From Pseudomonadota bacterium (GTDB taxonomy: Bacteria > Pseudomonadota > Alphaproteobacteria > Kiloniellales > JACOMY01), in assembly GCA_039819325.1 (NCBI GenBank), contig JBCBSF010000005.1, positions 10,317 through 74,316 on the forward strand: a stretch of DNA of 64,000 nucleotides, given 5' to 3'. The notes under the pieces were generated by a model. The model searched no databases. It was not told the DNA's origin and was given only the letters and a program-made list of their open reading frames with translations. A program made the position numbers and the translations under genes. This document shows, piece after piece, positions 24,383 to 33,499 of this stretch; positions within the stretch are counted from its first letter, which is position 1, and the number at the start of each line of letters is the position of its first letter.

Positions 24383-27166
24383 TCAGTGACCCTCAGAACT
24401 CAGAAACCCCCGGACTTCAGTGACTGCGTCGGCCAAGCCGCAGCGGACCACCGGCACCGCGTCCGGGAAGGCCGTCAAGAAGCGGCTGGGGAAGGCGCCA
24501 TCCAGCATGACCAGGACGCCGCGGTCACCCTCTTGCCGGATCAGCCGGCCAAAGGCCTGGCGCAGGCGGCGGCGCACGCTCTCTTCATCGAAGGCCTTGC
24601 CGCCGAAGTGCTTGCGCCGCTCCCGGTGGCGGATGTCGGGGCGCGGCCAGGGCACGCGGTCGTAGACCAGCAGGCGCAAACTGTCGCCTGGCACGTCGAT
24701 CCCGTCGCGCAAGGCGTCCGTCCCCAGAAGGCAGGTATCACGCTCACTGCGGAAGATATCGACCAGAGTCCCGGTATCCAGCGGATCGACATGCTGGGCG
24801 TAGAGCGCCAAATCCGCTGCGGCCAAGCGTTCCGCCAACAAGGGATGCACCGCCTTCAAGCGCTGGATCGCGGTGAAGAGCCCCAGACTGCCGCCGCCCG
24901 CTGCGGTGAAGAGGCTGGCCATGGCGGCGGCCTGCGCCGGCGCGCGCCGCTTATCCACATCGCCGACGATGAAGACCCGCGCCTGGGCGGCGAAGTCGAA
25001 AGGGCTCAAGAGCTTGGCGCGGATCGCGGGGCTTGCCAGGTGCAGCGCCCCACTGCGCGCTTCCGCGACACGCCAGTCTTCCTCTACGTCGCCGCTGCTG
25101 CCGGTGAGCGTGGCAGAGGTCACGGCTACCCCATGGGCCGCCTCCAGCACCACTTCGGCAAAGGGCTCCATGGGATCGAGCCAGTGGCGATGCAGGCCGA
25201 CGTCCTGCGCGCGCCCCTCGATCCGCTCGATCGCCATCCAGTCGATGCGGTCGCTCGGCGTCTCGCTCTCCAGCGCGGCCAGCATGGCCTGCCAACCCTC
25301 TAGACGCAGCAGAACGCGACGGTTGATACCGCGCAGCGCCCCTTCCAGCCGGCGGCGCTGATCGCTCTCCATGGTTTCCGGCTCTTCGTCCAGCATCCGC
25401 TGCAGGCACTCGGCCAAGAGGCGCAGTGGCTTGCTCAGCGTCTCCAGCGCCGTGGTGAGGCGACGCGCCGCCGTCAGCACAGGCGGATCGACAGGCTGGC
25501 TGTCGCATTCCAAGTCGTAGTCGCCGCCCGCGCTCTCGGCCGTGCGGGCTTCGACCTGCGCGGCGACTGCCGCCAGAAAGCCCTCCGCTGGGCCGCGCGG
25601 CGCCTTGCTGCCCAGGCGCTGGCGCCAGCCTTCCGCCGGCAGGGCGGCGGCGGCAACCAGGCTGTCCTGCAGTGCTGCTGCGGCCTTGACGTCATCCAGC
25701 ACCAGGTCTTCCAGCCGCCGGCGCAGACCGCGCAGGCGCGCCGCCCCGCGCCCGCTCTCCCCGCCCAAGAGCCAGCGGCGCAGATCCTGGGTCTCGCGCC
25801 CGGTCAGGTGCAAAGCAAAGGCGGAATCGGCGGAATCGAAGAGGTTATGGCCCTCATCGAAGACCAGCCGCAGCGGCGGGTTCTGCTCGTCCAGTGCGCC
25901 GGCGGCTTGGGCCATAGTCAGCGCGTGATTGGAGACCACCAGGCGTGCCCGCTTCGCCCGGCGCTGCGAGCGCTCGATGAAGCAGCGGCCATAGTGCTCA
26001 CAGGCCGAATAGATGCACTCGCCGCGCCGATCGGTGAGGCCCAGGGTGCGCGCCCGGCCAACCAAATCCGGCAGCCAGCCGGGGAAGTCGCCGCCGACCA
26101 TGTCCCCGTCCCGGCTGACTAAGGCCCAGCGGGCCATCAGCGCCAATGCCAACAAGTCGCCGGGCCGTCCCATGACGCCGCCCACGGCCTCAGCGAAGTT
26201 CAGCAGGCAGAGGTAGTTCTCCCGTCCCTTGCGCAAGGCCACCTTGGCCGCCCGCTCCACCGGGTCGGGATAGAGCCGCGTCAGCTCTCGTTCCAGCTGC
26301 CCCTGCAGCGCGCGGGTGTAGGTGGAGAGCTGGACGGTGCCGCTGTTCCGCTCCGCCCAGACGCCGGCGGGGGCGAGATAGCCCAGGGTCTTGCCGACAC
26401 CGGTGCCGGCTTCGGCCAGCACCAGGGCCGGCTCGCCGCGTGCTACCGGCGGCCGGAAGGCGAGCGAGAGGGCGGAGGCGTAGTCGGCCTGCTGCGGCCG
26501 GTCTTCCGCCGTGGGCCCGCGCAGTGCTGCCAACGCGGCACGTGCCTCCTCCTCACTCACCGGTTTCTGGCTGGAGGGGGACGGCGGCCCTTCGTCCTGC
26601 CAGCGCGGCAAACGCTCCCAGACCGCCAATCCACGCGCTGCCGGTGCAGCCGCCTCGTCGATCCCCAGGGCACGCAGCAGCAGGGCGCCCCAGCTCCAGC
26701 CTTCCTGTGCCAAGGTGAAGGCTAGGCCGCGGGCCTGCCGTGGCTTCACCTGATCGGCCTCCGCCAACAGCAGGCCGGCGGCGCGTTGCAGCAGCAAGGC
26801 CTGGTCCAAGGCGTCTTCTGGTTCAGGCAGGCCCAAGGCCAGCGCCAGCCCGCGCGGGGTCGGTACAGTCAAGCTGGCTGGGCGGACGAAGGCGAAGAGT
26901 TCCAGCAGGTCCAAGGCCGGAAAGGGTCCCACACCCAAGCGGCGGCAGAGGGCCGGCAGATGGCAAACCAAAGGCGGCGCCTCGCGTGCCATCTGCGCCG
27001 CTTCCTGCGCGCTGGGAGAAAGCTCCTCCCCCTCGTCAGTTACCAGCAGCAGCTGCCCAGCATTGGCCAAGATCAACGCCGGCGCGGTCAGGCGCTGGGA
27101 GACCGCAGTTGGGCTAGAGGAGGAGATGGTCCGATCGGATGGCATGGTCGGCGCCACCATAGGCAT
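24383..27166 (-). CDS. DinG/XPD-family ATP-dependent DNA helicase with long N-terminal extension
   Basis: 927 aa. Walker A AEAGTGVGKT, DEGH box (VFDEGHNLFD), a Cys cluster region (CLLNF...CIYSACEHYGRCF) suggesting an FeS domain, and C-terminal helicase motifs. Confidence 0.8.
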   Translation of the reverse strand: MPMVAPTMPSDRTISSSSPTAVSQRLTAPALILANAGQLLLVTDEGEELSPSAQEAAQMAREAPPLVCHLPALCRRLGVGPFPALDLLELFAFVRPASLTVPTPRGLALALGLPEPEDALDQALLLQRAAGLLLAEADQVKPRQARGLAFTLAQEGWSWGALLLRALGIDEAAAPAARGLAVWERLPRWQDEGPPSPSSQKPVSEEEARAALAALRGPTAEDRPQQADYASALSLAFRPPVARGEPALVLAEAGTGVGKTLGYLAPAGVWAERNSGTVQLSTYTRALQGQLERELTRLYPDPVERAAKVALRKGRENYLCLLNFAEAVGGVMGRPGDLLALALMARWALVSRDGDMVGGDFPGWLPDLVGRARTLGLTDRRGECIYSACEHYGRCFIERSQRRAKRARLVVSNHALTMAQAAGALDEQNPPLRLVFDEGHNLFDSADSAFALHLTGRETQDLRRWLLGGESGRGAARLRGLRRRLEDLVLDDVKAAAALQDSLVAAAALPAEGWRQRLGSKAPRGPAEGFLAAVAAQVEARTAESAGGDYDLECDSQPVDPPVLTAARRLTTALETLSKPLRLLAECLQRMLDEEPETMESDQRRRLEGALRGINRRVLLRLEGWQAMLAALESETPSDRIDWMAIERIEGRAQDVGLHRHWLDPMEPFAEVVLEAAHGVAVTSATLTGSSGDVEEDWRVAEARSGALHLASPAIRAKLLSPFDFAAQARVFIVGDVDKRRAPAQAAAMASLFTAAGGGSLGLFTAIQRLKAVHPLLAERLAAADLALYAQHVDPLDTGTLVDIFRSERDTCLLGTDALRDGIDVPGDSLRLLVYDRVPWPRPDIRHRERRKHFGGKAFDEESVRRRLRQAFGRLIRQEGDRGVLVMLDGAFPSRFLTAFPDAVPVVRCGLADAVTEVRGFLSSEGH

Positions 27167-27285
27167 TGACCGGGCGTCTCCCTAGCAGCTTTGCGCCTGG
27201 ATCATTGCTGCAAACCAGCACAATCGGTTGTGGCGACGGCACGCGGGCCCCAGGTCCCGACGGCCAAAGGATGCGGAGATATCCG

Positions 27286-27908
27286 ATGAAAACGATAACC
27301 CGACGCCTTCTGCTGGCCTCTACCGCCGGCATTGCCCTGATGACCAAGAGCGTAGTGGCGGAGGCCCCATAGGCAGGGTGACGGCCCTCGCCGGGCGGGT
27401 CCTGCGAGAGCGCAGCGGCGTCCTGCTGCCCTTGGCCGTGGGGCAGGCGCTCTATGTCACGGATGTCCTGGTGACCGGGGCTGACGCCAGGCTCGAGGCC
27501 GTTCTAGGCGACGGTGCGACTTTGGTACTGGGCGCTGGCAGCCGCTGCGAGCTGCAACACCTGCACTTGCCGACCCGCGAAGCGCCAGGCCAGGGGCTCT
27601 TTGTGATCAGCGGCGGCATCTTGCGCTTGCTCATGACCAAGGGCGCCTGGGAGGGCTTCGAGGTGCGCGGCACCACGGCAATCGCCTCCGTCCGCGGCAC
27701 CGACTTCGTGGTGGCCAGCACGAGAGCGACGACCGCGGTCTTCGTGGTCAGCGGCATTGTCGCGGTTGCGGGCGATGCGGGCGGCAGCAGCCGGCTGGGC
27801 CCAGGTGCCGGCATCGACATCGCATTGGGCGAAGCAGCCGGGCGGAGCCGGCGGTGGCCGCAGGAGCGTGTCGTACGTACCCTCGCCCAAGTCCCGCTCA
27901 GCCGCTGA
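27286..27908 (+). pseudogene. FecR-domain secreted protein, apparently frameshifted between signal peptide and FecR domain
   Basis: ATG at 27286 with an upstream GGAG encodes a 28-aa RR-type signal peptide (MKTITRRLLLASTAGIALMTKSVVAEAP) that ends at the TAG at 27370-27372. The FecR-like domain (IGRVTALAGRV...SVRGTDFVV) continues in another frame. One extra C in the CCCC run at 27365-27368 would fuse the two parts. Confidence 0.5.
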
Positions 27909-28446
27909 GCGGAAAGATGTCTGGCTCGCTCGCCTCAGACCTGCGCAGCCGCTCGTCACGCCGAATGCGGCCGCGCACCCCCAGCAAGGCGTCGGGCTGC
28001 AGCTCCAGCACCTGAAAACGCAGCGGATCGACGGGGCCCGGCAGCACCAAGCCGACCTCATGCGCATTCCGAAAGCCGTAGGCGCCGTAGTAGGAGGGCT
28101 CGCCCACCACCACGCAGAGCCGATGGCCCTGCTGTTTCGCTGTGGTCAGACCGTGGCGCACCAAGGCCTTGCCGATGCCTTGGCCTTGCAAGGCCGGCTC
28201 GACCGCCAGGGGACCTAAGAGGATGGCCGGCATGGCCTCAATCAGGATCGGCCAGAAGCGCAGCGAGGCCAGCAGATCGCCCTCGGCAGAGAGGGCGGCA
28301 AAGGACAGCTCGGCCAAGGCCGGGTGGCCCTCACGCAGGCGATAGACCGTCCGGTCCTGACGCGAGGTGCCGAAGGTGCGGTCGAGCAGCGGCTCGACCT
28401 GAGAGGCGCTTGCAGGGGTCTCTTGGACGATTCTAAAACTGGGCAT
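27898..28446 (-). CDS. GNAT-family N-acetyltransferase
   Basis: 182 aa from the ATG at 28446. Acetyl-CoA motif LAVEPALQGQGIGKALV and C-terminal GEPSYYGAYGF typical of the COG3153-type GNATs. Confidence 0.75.
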   Translation of the reverse strand: MPSFRIVQETPASASQVEPLLDRTFGTSRQDRTVYRLREGHPALAELSFAALSAEGDLLASLRFWPILIEAMPAILLGPLAVEPALQGQGIGKALVRHGLTTAKQQGHRLCVVVGEPSYYGAYGFRNAHEVGLVLPGPVDPLRFQVLELQPDALLGVRGRIRRDERLRRSEASEPDIFPLSG

Positions 28447-28669
28447 GAAACCTGATCCTGCTGGCCGCCCGGGCAGGACTGGACGCCGAAACTGCCGGGA
28501 CGGTTGAAACGTGACGCACATAGAGCGGTAGGCCGCAGCGCGTGCTACGGACGGTCGGGAGCCTCTATCGTCGTCGTCGCAACCTCATCGGGTCGGGTAG
28601 CCTCTCGCAGGTTTTCTTAGCCCGTGCCTAGCAGCCGGGTCGGAGCCCGGCAAGCACGATCTTTGCGCC

Positions 28670-29503
28670 TCAGGTCCGGAACTGCGTCTTGTCCGTACCC
28701 TGATAGAGGTTGGCCACCTGCCGCTGCACCGCATCGGCATGAGCGGCCTTGGCCGCATCGTCCAGATCAGCCTGAGGTGCTGGCTCCAGGTCGTAGTGGC
28801 CGCAGGTGTCCGTACCACGGACCAGAGTGGCGCTGTCACGCAGGCCCTTCTGGCGGACCTCGGGCGGGATGTAGCGGATGGCGAGGCCGATACGGCGGTC
28901 ATTGCTGGCGTTGGCCGCGGAGCCGTGTGCCAGCTTCACGTGATGCAGCGAGGCCTCGCCGGCTTTCAGCGGCATGGCGACCGCCTCGTCCTCGTTGACG
29001 TCGATCGCCAGCTCTTGCCCACGGGAGAGCAGGTTATGCTCATGGAAGGTGTCGCGGTGTTCCACCTGTGGCCAGCGATGGCTGCCGGGGATCACCTTCA
29101 TCGCCCCGCTCTCGAGCGGCGCATCGGAGAGCGCGACCCAGACGGTCAGGACATCGTCGGGGTCGAGGCCCCAATAGGTCGCGTCCTGGTGCCAGGAGAC
29201 AAAGCCCGGGTCATGCGGCTCTTTGATGAAGAAGTTGGTGGTCCAGCAGAAGAGATTGGGGCCCAGGATGTCTTCCGCCGTGTCGAGGATCACGGGATGG
29301 CGCACCAGGTCTGCTGCCCAGGTGAAGAGCAGATGCACCTTGTGGCGCATGCCGCTTTCCAGATGGCCGCCGATCTGCGCCTCGGTGGCCTCCAGCGCCT
29401 GGCGGTAGCTCTGCGCGTCGGCTTCCGACATCACGCGAACCGGGAAGTAGTAGCCGTCGCGCGCATAGGCCTCGACGGCCGCGCTGCTCAGCTTCTTGGG
29501 CAT
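28670..29503 (-). CDS. phytanoyl-CoA dioxygenase (PhyH) family Fe(II)/2-oxoglutarate oxygenase
   Basis: 277 aa. YARDGYYFP, the WHQDATYW (HxD facial triad) region and a distal His (HGSAAN) in the expected order. Confidence 0.8.
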   Translation of the reverse strand: MPKKLSSAAVEAYARDGYYFPVRVMSEADAQSYRQALEATEAQIGGHLESGMRHKVHLLFTWAADLVRHPVILDTAEDILGPNLFCWTTNFFIKEPHDPGFVSWHQDATYWGLDPDDVLTVWVALSDAPLESGAMKVIPGSHRWPQVEHRDTFHEHNLLSRGQELAIDVNEDEAVAMPLKAGEASLHHVKLAHGSAANASNDRRIGLAIRYIPPEVRQKGLRDSATLVRGTDTCGHYDLEPAPQADLDDAAKAAHADAVQRQVANLYQGTDKTQFRT

Positions 29504-29569
29504 GGGTTTCCTCGCCTCTTTGTTGCGTTGGTCAGATAATATATCAAAATCAGCTCGCCGTTTGAAGCG

Positions 29570-30439
29570 TTAGGAGCCTTCTAGGCTGGCAAAGAAGGTC
29601 AACAGCAAGGCCGCCAGTTCCTCCGGCTGCTCCTCCGGGACGAAGTGGCCGCAGTTCTCGACCACAGCGCCACGGACGTCGTCGGCCACGTGGCGGAGAG
29701 ACTCCTCCGGCTCGCGCGCCCGGCCACGGGCCTTGGTGCCGCCGATGCCCAGGCAGGGCATGGTCAGCCGCCCGCCGGCGGCCTGCCAAGCTTTCGTATC
29801 GGCCGCGTCCTGCGGCAGGGCGCGGTAGAACTCGAAGCCGGCCCGGAGCGCACCCGCCTGGCGGTAGCAGCGGAGATACTCGGCGAAAGCCGGCTCGGAG
29901 ATGGCGTCGGGGCGATAAGCGAACTCCCGATAGAACCAGCCCAGATAGGCCTCTTCCCGCCCGGTCACCAGGGCCTCCGGCAGATCGAGAGTCCGGTGGA
30001 AGGCGTGATGCCAGCGCTTGCCGCCTTGGCTGAAATCACCGCCGGCACCAGGCACTACGACGTCGATCAAAACGAAGGCACGCACGGCCTCCGGATGAGC
30101 GGCGGCCAACGCAAAAGCCGTGGGACCACCCCAGTCGTGGCCGACTAGGAGGAACTGCTCAATCCGAAGGTGGTCGGCCATCAGTTGCCAGATGTCGGTG
30201 GCCACCGTCTTCTTGTCATAGCCACCGGCTGGCCGGCCGCTATCCCCAAGGCCGCGCAGATCCGGCATGATGACCCGGTAGCCGGCCGCGGTCAGGTGTG
30301 GCAGGACCAGGTGCCATTCGTACCAGGTCTGCGGCCAGCCGTGCAGCAGGAGGAGCGGCGGCCCCTCCTCCGGTCCAGCCTCGACGTAGTGGGTGCGGAA
30401 GCCGTTGGTCTCGGCAAAGCCGTGGCGAAGATCTTGCAT
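29570..30439 (-). CDS. alpha/beta hydrolase, epoxide-hydrolase / haloacid-dehalogenase-like subgroup
   Basis: The HGWP oxyanion motif (LLLLHGWPQTWYEW), nucleophile elbow GHDWGG (Asp nucleophile) and C-terminal CGHFVPEE. Confidence 0.8.
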   Translation of the reverse strand: MQDLRHGFAETNGFRTHYVEAGPEEGPPLLLLHGWPQTWYEWHLVLPHLTAAGYRVIMPDLRGLGDSGRPAGGYDKKTVATDIWQLMADHLRIEQFLLVGHDWGGPTAFALAAAHPEAVRAFVLIDVVVPGAGGDFSQGGKRWHHAFHRTLDLPEALVTGREEAYLGWFYREFAYRPDAISEPAFAEYLRCYRQAGALRAGFEFYRALPQDAADTKAWQAAGGRLTMPCLGIGGTKARGRAREPEESLRHVADDVRGAVVENCGHFVPEEQPEELAALLLTFFASLEGS

Positions 30440-30449
30440 CTTGAGCCCC

Positions 30450-31766
30450 CTATCCCAGCAGCACGCGCGGCAGCCAGAGCGCCAGGTCGGGGAAGGCGAA
30501 GACCAGGGTCAGCCCAATGAACTGCAGGATGATGAAGGGCCAGAGCGCCTTGTAGATGTCCATCAGGCTGATCTCTGGCGGTGCCACCCCCTTTAGATAG
30601 AAGGCAGCTGGCCCAAAGGGCGGCGAGAGGTAGGAGATCTGCATGTTCATGCAGAAGAGCACCCCGAACCAGACCGGATCATAGCCCAGCGCGACGATGG
30701 CCGGCACGAAGATCGGCATGGTCAGCAGCAGAATGCCGATCCAGTCCATGAAGAGGCCCAGCACGATCAAGACCAGCATCATGACGGCCAGGATCATCCA
30801 GGGCTCCAGGGGCAACCCAGTGATGAAGCCCTGTACGAAGGCAGTGCCGCCCATCAGATTGTAGACGCCGATCAGCATATTGGCGCCGAAGGTCAGCCAG
30901 AGCAGCATGCCGCAGGCGACCATGGTCTGACGCAGCGCGTCATGGATCATCCGCCAGCTGAGCTCGCGCCGGATGATGGCGGACAGAAGAGCGCCGATCA
31001 CGCCCATGCCCGCGGCCTCACTGACCGAGGCGATGCCGGCATAGATCGTGCCCATAACGAAGGCGGCGACGAAGAGCGGCAAGGCCAGGCCCTTCAGCAG
31101 CATCAGCTTCTCGCGCGTCGGCATCTGCCGCTCTTCGGGCGAGGCCGCCGGGCCGAGGCTGGGGTCGATGTAACAGCGGATCAGGATGTAGGCGATGTAG
31201 AGCGCCGCCAGGACCAAGCCCGGGATCACCGTGGCAACGAAGAGGTCGCCGATCGAGACGTTAGCCGTCAGGCCATAGATGATCAGCACGATGGAGGGCG
31301 GGATCATGGTGCCCAAAGAGCCGCCGGCGCAGACCGTGCCGATCGCCAGGCTCTTGGAATAGCCGTGCTTCAGCATCTGCGGCAGCGCCAAGAGACCCAA
31401 GAGCACGATCTCGCCGCCGATGATGCCGGTCATCGCCGCCATGATGACGGCCACCATCATAGTCTGGATCGCCAGGCCGCCGCGCAGGCCGCCTGCAAAG
31501 ATGTACATGGCCCTAAAGAGATCCTTGGCGACGCCGGAACGTTCCAGGATCGAGGCCATGAATATGAACATGGGCACCGCCACGAAGGCGAATTCCGTCA
31601 CCAGGGTGTAGGTGCGGCTGGCAATGAGGAAGAGGCTGTTGGGCCCGAACTGCAGCAAGGCCGCGACGACGGCGACGGAGGCAGTGACGAAGGCCAGCGG
31701 CAGGCCCATGACGAGCAGCACGAAGATGCCGCCCGCCATCAGCAGTGTGATGGTCGAGATGTCCAT
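30450..31766 (-). CDS. dctM: TRAP transporter large permease
   Basis: 438 aa, about 12 TM, with a typical DctM sequence pattern. Adjacent to dctQ and dctP. Confidence 0.9.
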   Translation of the reverse strand: MDISTITLLMAGGIFVLLVMGLPLAFVTASVAVVAALLQFGPNSLFLIASRTYTLVTEFAFVAVPMFIFMASILERSGVAKDLFRAMYIFAGGLRGGLAIQTMMVAVIMAAMTGIIGGEIVLLGLLALPQMLKHGYSKSLAIGTVCAGGSLGTMIPPSIVLIIYGLTANVSIGDLFVATVIPGLVLAALYIAYILIRCYIDPSLGPAASPEERQMPTREKLMLLKGLALPLFVAAFVMGTIYAGIASVSEAAGMGVIGALLSAIIRRELSWRMIHDALRQTMVACGMLLWLTFGANMLIGVYNLMGGTAFVQGFITGLPLEPWMILAVMMLVLIVLGLFMDWIGILLLTMPIFVPAIVALGYDPVWFGVLFCMNMQISYLSPPFGPAAFYLKGVAPPEISLMDIYKALWPFIILQFIGLTLVFAFPDLALWLPRVLLG

Positions 31767-31772
31767 TTTCTA

Positions 31773-32300
31773 CTAGTCCACCTGGGCGTCGCTGGTCGGG
31801 ATGGAATGACCGCGGATCAGGCGGATCAGGAAGGCGAAAGACTGGATCAGGATGGCGATACCGCCGACCACCAGAGCCGTCTTCACCAACACCGGTGTCG
31901 GCTGGTTCCAGGCGGAGGCCGAGGTCTCCCATTGCTGGATAGAGCGTTCGGCAACCCCCCAGCAGGCGTAGATGAAGACACAGAGGTAGGCGCAAATCAG
32001 CGCCTGATTGAAGATCTCAATCCGGCGCTGCCAGTGCTTGGGCAAAAGCTGCACGACGACAAAGATACGAACATGCGCCCCGCGCTGCATGGCGTAGACG
32101 CCGCCGAAGATGAACCCCAGCGCGGTCAGCGCAATCACACTTTCATGCGCCCAGATGGTCGGCGCGTTGAAGAAATAGCGGGCAACAACCTCAAAGCCGA
32201 TGATGGCGACCGAGAGAAAGTAGACATAAGACATGGATTCGCCGATCACGCGCGAGCAGCGATCGACCAGAGGCAGCTTTTCCATACGGGCAGGTCCCAA
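31773..32300 (-). CDS. dctQ: TRAP transporter small permease
   Basis: 175 aa and 4 TM, positioned between dctP and dctM. Confidence 0.8.
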   Translation of the reverse strand: MGPARMEKLPLVDRCSRVIGESMSYVYFLSVAIIGFEVVARYFFNAPTIWAHESVIALTALGFIFGGVYAMQRGAHVRIFVVVQLLPKHWQRRIEIFNQALICAYLCVFIYACWGVAERSIQQWETSASAWNQPTPVLVKTALVVGGIAILIQSFAFLIRLIRGHSIPTSDAQVD

Positions 32301-32380
32301 TTTCCGACTGAAAACCGACCGAACCTCCGGTCTTCAGGGCCGGTGCCGCGGTTGTTTACAACCAGGTCCTAAAAGAACGT

Positions 32381-32414
32381 CCGGGCCGCCCCCAAGATCG
32401 AGGGGGCGGCCCGG
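32381..32414 (-). terminator. intra-operon rho-independent terminator/attenuator between dctP and dctQ
   Basis: A perfect 13-bp GC stem, CCGGGCCGCCCCC (32381-32393) / GGGGGCGGCCCGG (32402-32414), with an 8-nt loop. It is followed on the minus strand by ACGTTCTTTT. Confidence 0.65.
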
Positions 32415-32429
32415 TTAAGGCACGAAGGG

Positions 32430-33449
32430 TTACTGGTCGAGCAGGTTCAGCTCTTTCAGCCAAGCCACCTGCGACTCATAGATCTTGTTCGCCAGCTCAC
32501 TGCGGCTGGCATACTCCTTCCAGACCTCCGCAGCGATGGCACGCAGCTTCTTACGCTCTTCGGCCGACCACTCGATGATGGTGGCGCCCTCTTCCTTGGC
32601 CTTGGCGACCGCCTCGATATCCGCGACGGCGATGGCCCCGATCATGTCGGCGTTGAAGGCCCGGACCGACATCTCGACCAGGGTCTTCAGATCATCCGGC
32701 AGCGCGTTCCAGGCATCCATGTTGATGGCGATCTCAGCCGTCGGCATGGAGTGCAGACCCGGATAGATCGGGTACTGGGCGATGCCGTGATAGCCCAGGT
32801 CCTGGTTCATCGAGATGGTGCCCCAGTCGGTGCCGTCGATCACGCCACGCTCCAGCGAGGTGTAGACCTCAGAGCCCGGAATGTTAACCGGGGCCGCACC
32901 GATGCGGTTGAAGATGTCGTGGGAGGGGCCTTCCGGCATGCGCAGCTTCACGCCCTCGAAGTCGGCGAGCGAGCGGACCGGCTTGTTCACCGGGATCGAT
33001 TCCACGCCCCACCAGATTGGGCCCACGAAGAAGAGGTTGTGCTGGGCATAGACCTCGCGGGCCAGTTCCAACCCGCCGCGGTAATAGAACCAATACTCCA
33101 TCTGGTAGGGGTTCTCGTAGGCGGCGTTCAAGTCACCGATCATGGCGAAGGCGGCGTCGCGGCCGGAGAAGTAGATGGGCGCGGTGTGCTGGCCCTGCAG
33201 GATACCGGCGCCGACCGCGTCCAGGGTCTCGTTGTGCGCAACGACGGAGCGAACGGGCAGCGGCTCGATGGTGAGACGGCCGTCACTGGCCTCGGTCAGA
33301 TCGCTGGCCCACTTCTCGAATACCTTCTGGTTGATGGTGCCGGCACTCCAGAGCGACTGGATCTTCCAGACCTCCTGGGCCTGGACGCCGCCGGCGGCCA
33401 GGCTCATCGCGGCGGCCAGAAGACCGCCTTTGATCAACATCTTCGACAT
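32430..33449 (-). CDS. dctP: TRAP transporter substrate-binding protein (DctP family)
   Basis: 339 aa with a signal peptide (AAMSLAAGGVQA). DctP-type pattern, in an operon with dctQM. Confidence 0.85.
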   Translation of the reverse strand: MSKMLIKGGLLAAAMSLAAGGVQAQEVWKIQSLWSAGTINQKVFEKWASDLTEASDGRLTIEPLPVRSVVAHNETLDAVGAGILQGQHTAPIYFSGRDAAFAMIGDLNAAYENPYQMEYWFYYRGGLELAREVYAQHNLFFVGPIWWGVESIPVNKPVRSLADFEGVKLRMPEGPSHDIFNRIGAAPVNIPGSEVYTSLERGVIDGTDWGTISMNQDLGYHGIAQYPIYPGLHSMPTAEIAINMDAWNALPDDLKTLVEMSVRAFNADMIGAIAVADIEAVAKAKEEGATIIEWSAEERKKLRAIAAEVWKEYASRSELANKIYESQVAWLKELNLLDQ

Positions 33450-33499
33450 GGAACATCTCCCTTTTGTTTGTCCCTGTTCAGATCGGGTGGTTACAAGGC

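Noticed and set aside
29533-29553. Fur-box-like AT-rich sequence upstream of the PhyH gene
   Set aside because: Alignment to the 15/19-bp Fur consensus gives too many mismatches. I kept it only as a possible promoter element within the operon finding.
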